This document shows, one piece after another, positions 59,604 through 64,000 of a DNA stretch of 64,000 nt. A program made the translations under genes and the position numbers. Where the stretch lies: contig RQSC01000008.1 of NCBI GenBank assembly GCA_013416795.1, positions 248,497-312,496 of the forward strand, in the 5' to 3' direction. Under the pieces are notes generated by a model that was not told where the DNA came from, did not search any database, and was given only the letters and a program-made list of their open reading frames with translations. Numbering within the stretch: position 1 is the first letter of the stretch; every line of letters begins with the position of its first letter. This DNA is from Prasinococcaceae sp. CCMP 1430 (lineage: Eukaryota > Plantae > Prasinodermophyta).

Positions 59604-60858
59604 CTAGCGCCGTCAGCACCGCACGGCAGCGGCCATGCCACTAGAGACAAGAAGTTGGCGGGCGGCCGCGAGAGCGCCTCAGAGCACGCGCGCAACGGAC
59701 CCACGACGCCGTCTTCGAGGACTTTTGGGCGAACGAATCGTTTGCGCGCCGCCTGTAGTCCTCGAGCATGTCGGCTGCACTCGCGTACCGGCGCTGCTCG
59801 ATTCGTCTGGCCTCCACCGTCAAGCGGCCATCAAGACACAAGGGGTTGGTGTAGTCAAGCCCAACGATTGAGTCGAGAGGGATTTCGAACACGACCACGA
59901 GCTCGCTCTCGCGATTGTCTGGCAGGCGTAAGCGCTCCGTGAGGTCGGCGACCATCTTTCGTGGCGACCAAGGCTGGTGGTCCGAGCATCTGCCCCCGCG
60001 TCTGTTCCGACCCTGCGACGGAACCTCACTGCACGTGCTGCGGTCGCCTTGCTCCTCGCCGCCGCTGTCGAGCTCAGGCCCTCCTTTGCATGCACCATCC
60101 CGGACCACCTGCGCCTCAGTGCTGCACGCGCTCTTCGCCTTTCGTCGCAGGGATGCCTCGCTCCCAGGGCACGCCACGCTCTTCACTCGCTGGATTGGCG
60201 TCGGCCCCGCCGAGCCCGAAGGCACCAGTGGCAGCGGCGTCCTGCGCCGCGAGCGAGGGGAAAACGGCGAGCCGAGGACTACGCCGCCCGCGTGGCTCGC
60301 CGCTCTGAGGAACGAGCGCGGGCCGGTCGTGACCCTGCCGCTGCTCGCACCGGCGGCTGCGGCCGCCTGCATCGAGTAGTCCGCGATGAACAAGACAGCA
60401 TCCAAATTCGGGGCGGCGCCGACGTATGCAGCTGCTTCGCTCGGACTGCGATGGATACCGACGGAGAAGGACTTGACGCGCCGCAGCCAAGGCTGTGCCA
60501 CGAGGGCTTCCCGCCGCGGCGACGACGGGGAGCTCGGCGAGCTCGGCGACGGCGTGCGCGGCGAGCTGTCGTCCGTTGGGGCCTTCGAGCGATAGCCCGC
60601 GTCGCGGCCTCCTTCGCCCAATCCTACAGCGCCGGCCGCCTCGCCCCCGGTTCGCTCCACGCGTGGGCCGCCTTGCTGCTCGCCCACGAGCCTCAACTTG
60701 GGCACTCTGGCGCGCGCCCCAACCGGCGCGCCTCCCGCTTCGCCCGCGCCGCGCTCATCGCCCGCACCACGGTCGCCGCGCTCGCCCTCGCGCCGCCCCT
60801 CTTCCCCTCCGTCGGCCCCATCCTGGGAGGCGGCAGCGACCTCGGGCGCGCGCGGCAT
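58811..60858 (-). CDS. Uncharacterised membrane protein (~619 aa); exons 60858-59701 and 59512-58811
   Basis: Ordered segments VVFEIPLDSIVGLDY and LYETGVPIWAIL...YRPWLR...LLSLLSLLLGLADLH...LP resemble an uncharacterised plant family (from memory). The intron 59700-59513 keeps the frame. Confidence 0.65.
59526..59603 (+). repeat. Poly-G tracts G20-CGCGA-G53 (poly-C on the sense strand of the host intron)
   Basis: Counted directly; lies inside intron 59700-59513. Confidence 0.95.
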
Positions 60859-61215
60859 GGCACGCTCCGGTCGGCGCCGTTCCGGTCGGCTCCGGACCGA
60901 CCCCCTCGGCCCTGCGAGAGCAGCAGCACCTTGTCAAGCGACGCGTAGATGCTGCTCCGTGAGCCGCGCTGCGCTCGCGACGCTCCCTCGCGGCTGGCTC
61001 GACGGCGGCGGGCCGCGGCACAGCGCGCGTGCCGGTGCAAGGAGGAAGGGTTGGGATGCGGTGGAGAGGAGGTGTGTGTGTGTGGGGGGGGGAGGACAGA
61101 CTCACTCGGTACACAATATGCAACATTTAACGATAAATGGCGCGCCGCGGGCCAGCTTTGCTGCTGGGGCCAGCGGGATCTTCGCGCTTGTTTGTACTGT
61201 ACATGTGGTGGTCAA

Positions 61216-63666
61216 TCAGACGCCACCCTTCTCGTGCTTGAGTGCCTTCGCGCTCCCGTACTCCTCGTCCACTTGCGAGGCCGCGCGCGAGGACCACGCA
61301 CCTGGCGCGCTCACGAGAGCTGCAAGTCGAGGCGCCAGCCAAACGATGGCCGGGCTCGAGAGCAAGCTCAGACCGCAGATGCCCAGCCCGAGAAGAAACA
61401 TCTCGCGCGGAAGAGCACCGGCGTCGGAGAGCTTCCCAAGCAGGACGAACGAAAACTCGCCAGCGTGCGCCAGTGCGCCCGCGGCGCACACCGCGACGGG
61501 CAGCGGCTCTCTCCAGGCGAGCGTCGTGAGGGCCACGATGATCGCCTTGACAATCGTCACCACCAGCGTCGCAATCGTGAGCAGCAACGCATGGCTTGCC
61601 AAGAACCGCGGGGGCATGCACATGCCCACGGCCGTCAGGAAAAGCGCTTGGAAGCAGTCCATGATGGGGCGCATCGCGTCCTCCGCGAGAGCTGCGACGG
61701 CGGGTGTTGATGCTGACGCTGCTGCGCCCGCCATGTACGCGCCGAGCTCGAGCGAGAGGCCCAGCCACTCAGCAGTGCAGGCGATTCCCATAGCGAGCCC
61801 GAACACAACAACACGATTTCGCGTCGTCTCCGCTGGGGATGTGGCCGGCGCCACGAGGCGCGGGAACACGAATCTGCCGAGGGCAAGCGTCACCGCTGCA
61901 AAGGCGAGCAGCAGGCACACGAGCACTCCCGCAGCTAGCGAAGCCCCGCCAGCGCCCGCGTGCCGTTGTCCAAGCAGCGGCGCGGCGGCCGCGCAGATTC
62001 CCACCAGCATGTCCTGGCCCACCAGAATCCCCACGACGACGGTCCCCGCGCGGCGCGGGAGGGCTCCCGACGGCAGCTCGAGCCCGACGGAAACCACGGA
62101 CGTGCTTGACATCGACATCAGCAGCCCGAACGATGCTCCCTGGGCCGGTGGCAGGCCGATGGCGTAGGCGGACGCTCCTCCCAGGACGGTGATCCCCACG
62201 ACCTGCAGAACCGCACCGCCAAGCGCCACACCCTTGACTGCTCCCAGGCGCGCGGGCGAGAAGTCGGCTCCCAGGCAGAACAGTAGACCCACGACACCGA
62301 GCTGAACGACAGTCTCGACCTGGACTAGTTGCTCGACAATTGCAACGCCCCCGGGGCCTACACACGCGCCGGCCACGAGGTAGAGCGCCGCGGGGGATGA
62401 CAGCCGCAGGGCAGACGACAGGAGGGCGGCAATCATGGCGGCGAATGCCACCGCCGTAAGCCCACGCAGCAGGACAGAGTCGGAGTGGAGCTCCAGCGCC
62501 CCGCCCGCCGGTCTGCTCAGGGTGTACACATTGCCTTTGCCGTCCACCACCACGCCCGTCGCACCCTTGCCGCCAGCCGGAGCGCCGTCCTTTGCAGAGC
62601 CGCCGAGGCTCTGCACAGCCTCCTTCTCGTCGCGCTCGCTGACTTTCGCCCCAGTGACAGCATTCACAGCGTCCACCGCGGCGTGCACCAGCCCCGACGC
62701 GTCGATCTTGTCGCTCTCTGCCACGCGCACCATCGTTTCGGTCTGCATGTTCTCCTGGTCGGGCCCACAGTCGGTCGAGTTAGAGCCTGCAGGATCGCAG
62801 GCCGCGGCCGGCATCGATGCCCGCGCCTTCGAGCCTGCTTCGCCTGCGTCCTCTTTTGTGGTCTTGGGGCTCGCGGCCGTTTTGGACGAGGGCATGAGCG
62901 CCTCGATGTCGCCGATGATGCCCGCGTACTTGGGTGTCCGCTCCTCCTCGTCGACGCTCGCCTCTGCGGCAGCCTCGCCTTCGGCTTCGGCCGCGGCCTT
63001 CTGGGAGGCGACATTGCTGGCGTTCGCGGCCGACGCCGCGGCCTCGAAGACGGTCTCCGCCCCCGATGGGTCCAGCTCCCCGCCGACGCCCTTGAATTCG
63101 GTGCGAAGACCAGAGATCGCCTTCTGGCCGATCGAGCCACTCCTGGCGGCCTCTTCGTCCACCGTCCGTGCCTCGGCCGGCGGGGGTGGTGGCGGTCCCG
63201 TCGCCTCGCCTGCACCGGTCTCCACTTGCCCGGAGGTGTCGGATGGCTTGCTCGTCCGTCCGTGCGGAACAATGCCGTCCTTCAGGCGATGCAGCATGGC
63301 GGAGAAGCCGCCTTTGGAGCTCTTCGTGGGCGCGCCGTCCTCGGCCGCCGGTGGGGGCGTAGGCGGCGGCGGCGGTGGCGGCGACGGCGGTGGCAGCGAC
63401 GGCGCGTCTACATGGCGTTCGCCGAACACTGCTCCAACTACGCGGTCGAATAGCTTCGACGGGCCGCTCTTGTCCCGGCGAGCCTGCACGTCGAGCACAT
63501 TCCTGCGCGCGTGCGCGGCGCCTGCAGCCGCCGCCGGCGCTGCGGCCCGCAGCAGCAGCGCGAACACAGCGGCGAGGAGCAGAGCAGGCCGCGCTCGCGC
63601 CCGTAGCGCCCGCGCCCGTAGCGCCCGCCGATGCCGCTCATGGGGCTGCCCCTCGCCTCCCTCCAT
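61216..63666 (-). CDS. KEA: CPA2-family K+/H+ antiporter, KEA4/5/6-like, single exon
   Basis: Signal-like N-terminus, LFDRV, VVDGKGNVYTLS, YLVAG..VGPGG..IVEQLVQVETV.QLGV..LLF.LG.DFS, MSMSSTSVV, GILVGQD, LSLELGAYMAG, LAHAGEFSFVLL. Confidence 0.9.
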   Translation of the reverse strand: MEGGEGQPHERHRRALRARALRARARPALLLAAVFALLLRAAAPAAAAGAAHARRNVLDVQARRDKSGPSKLFDRVVGAVFGERHVDAPSLPPPSPPPPPPPTPPPAAEDGAPTKSSKGGFSAMLHRLKDGIVPHGRTSKPSDTSGQVETGAGEATGPPPPPPAEARTVDEEAARSGSIGQKAISGLRTEFKGVGGELDPSGAETVFEAAASAANASNVASQKAAAEAEGEAAAEASVDEEERTPKYAGIIGDIEALMPSSKTAASPKTTKEDAGEAGSKARASMPAAACDPAGSNSTDCGPDQENMQTETMVRVAESDKIDASGLVHAAVDAVNAVTGAKVSERDEKEAVQSLGGSAKDGAPAGGKGATGVVVDGKGNVYTLSRPAGGALELHSDSVLLRGLTAVAFAAMIAALLSSALRLSSPAALYLVAGACVGPGGVAIVEQLVQVETVVQLGVVGLLFCLGADFSPARLGAVKGVALGGAVLQVVGITVLGGASAYAIGLPPAQGASFGLLMSMSSTSVVSVGLELPSGALPRRAGTVVVGILVGQDMLVGICAAAAPLLGQRHAGAGGASLAAGVLVCLLLAFAAVTLALGRFVFPRLVAPATSPAETTRNRVVVFGLAMGIACTAEWLGLSLELGAYMAGAAASASTPAVAALAEDAMRPIMDCFQALFLTAVGMCMPPRFLASHALLLTIATLVVTIVKAIIVALTTLAWREPLPVAVCAAGALAHAGEFSFVLLGKLSDAGALPREMFLLGLGICGLSLLSSPAIVWLAPRLAALVSAPGAWSSRAASQVDEEYGSAKALKHEKGGV

Positions 63667-63801
63667 CCCGCGCGCCTTCCAGCGGTCCGTGCGAGGGGCG
63701 GCGGGATGGAGCCGCGCCCGCGCCCGCGCCCGCACGCCGCCCGCGCGCGCGCCGCCCGGCAGCGCACCGCCCCGCCCCGCCCGCGGTGGAACTCGGAACT
63801 T

Positions 63802-63843
63802 CAACTCAAACTCAAACTCAAACTCAAACTCAAACTCAAACTC
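63802..63843 (+). repeat. (AAACTC)n hexamer repeat upstream of KEA
   Basis: Six perfect copies (63808-63843) plus one imperfect copy. Confidence 0.9.
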
Positions 63844-64000
63844 GAGAGCCAGGCCAAACAGAGCCCCAGCCGGTGGTCGAGCACAAGTACTGTTGAAATT
63901 TATAAATCGAATATACAAACGGGAGAGTCATCGCCTGTGGCAGGCGGCAGCGCGCGCCGCGAGCGCGTGTGTGCGGGCCGAGGGCTTCGGGAGGCCACAG

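Noticed and set aside
2514-59700. Introns as Introner-type repetitive elements
   Set aside because: Apart from GTGCG-like donors and CTGAC branch motifs, I saw no shared sequence between introns, and their lengths vary widely.
63802-63843. (AAACTC)n as a telomeric or CRISPR-like repeat, and the EFEFEF-containing upstream ORF extension
   Set aside because: It does not match TTTAGGG, TTAGGG or TTTTAGGG, and there are no spacers. It is a simple microsatellite upstream of the likely ATG at 63666.

Overview
This is compact, very GC-rich (roughly 70% by eye) eukaryotic nuclear DNA with short GT-AG spliceosomal introns (branch-like CTGAC/CTGAT near the acceptors). It is not bacterial. Plastid-lineage genes (BADC-type BCCP-like protein, CURT1, KEA4-6-type antiporter, CCD) point to a green alga; a prasinophyte-grade lineage is my inference. 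About 24 protein-coding genes are supported, including MED10, SMC2, PPCDC, CSN1, SEN2, WDR12/YTM1, RPL27A, V-ATPase subunit d, a ~6,300-aa midasin, a rhomboid, a DEK_C protein, a patatin and a thioredoxin. I found no tRNA, rRNA, CRISPR array or transposase. Most long ORFs in the supplied track are antisense or GC-rich shadow frames. The most interesting observations are: (1) a strongly coding antisense exon inside the 998-nt first intron of RPL27A that cannot stop before crossing RPL27A exon 1; (2) a zero-gap in-frame TAA-ATG junction upstream of the DEK_C gene; (3) midasin/Rea1 and its substrate WDR12/Ytm1 clustered with a 60S protein gene; (4) an 11-mer CATTCTGAGTG recurring in three promoter regions; (5) near-strict +/- alternation of gene orientation over the first 51 kb, which predicts a missed minus-strand gene at about 13.5-14.5 kb.
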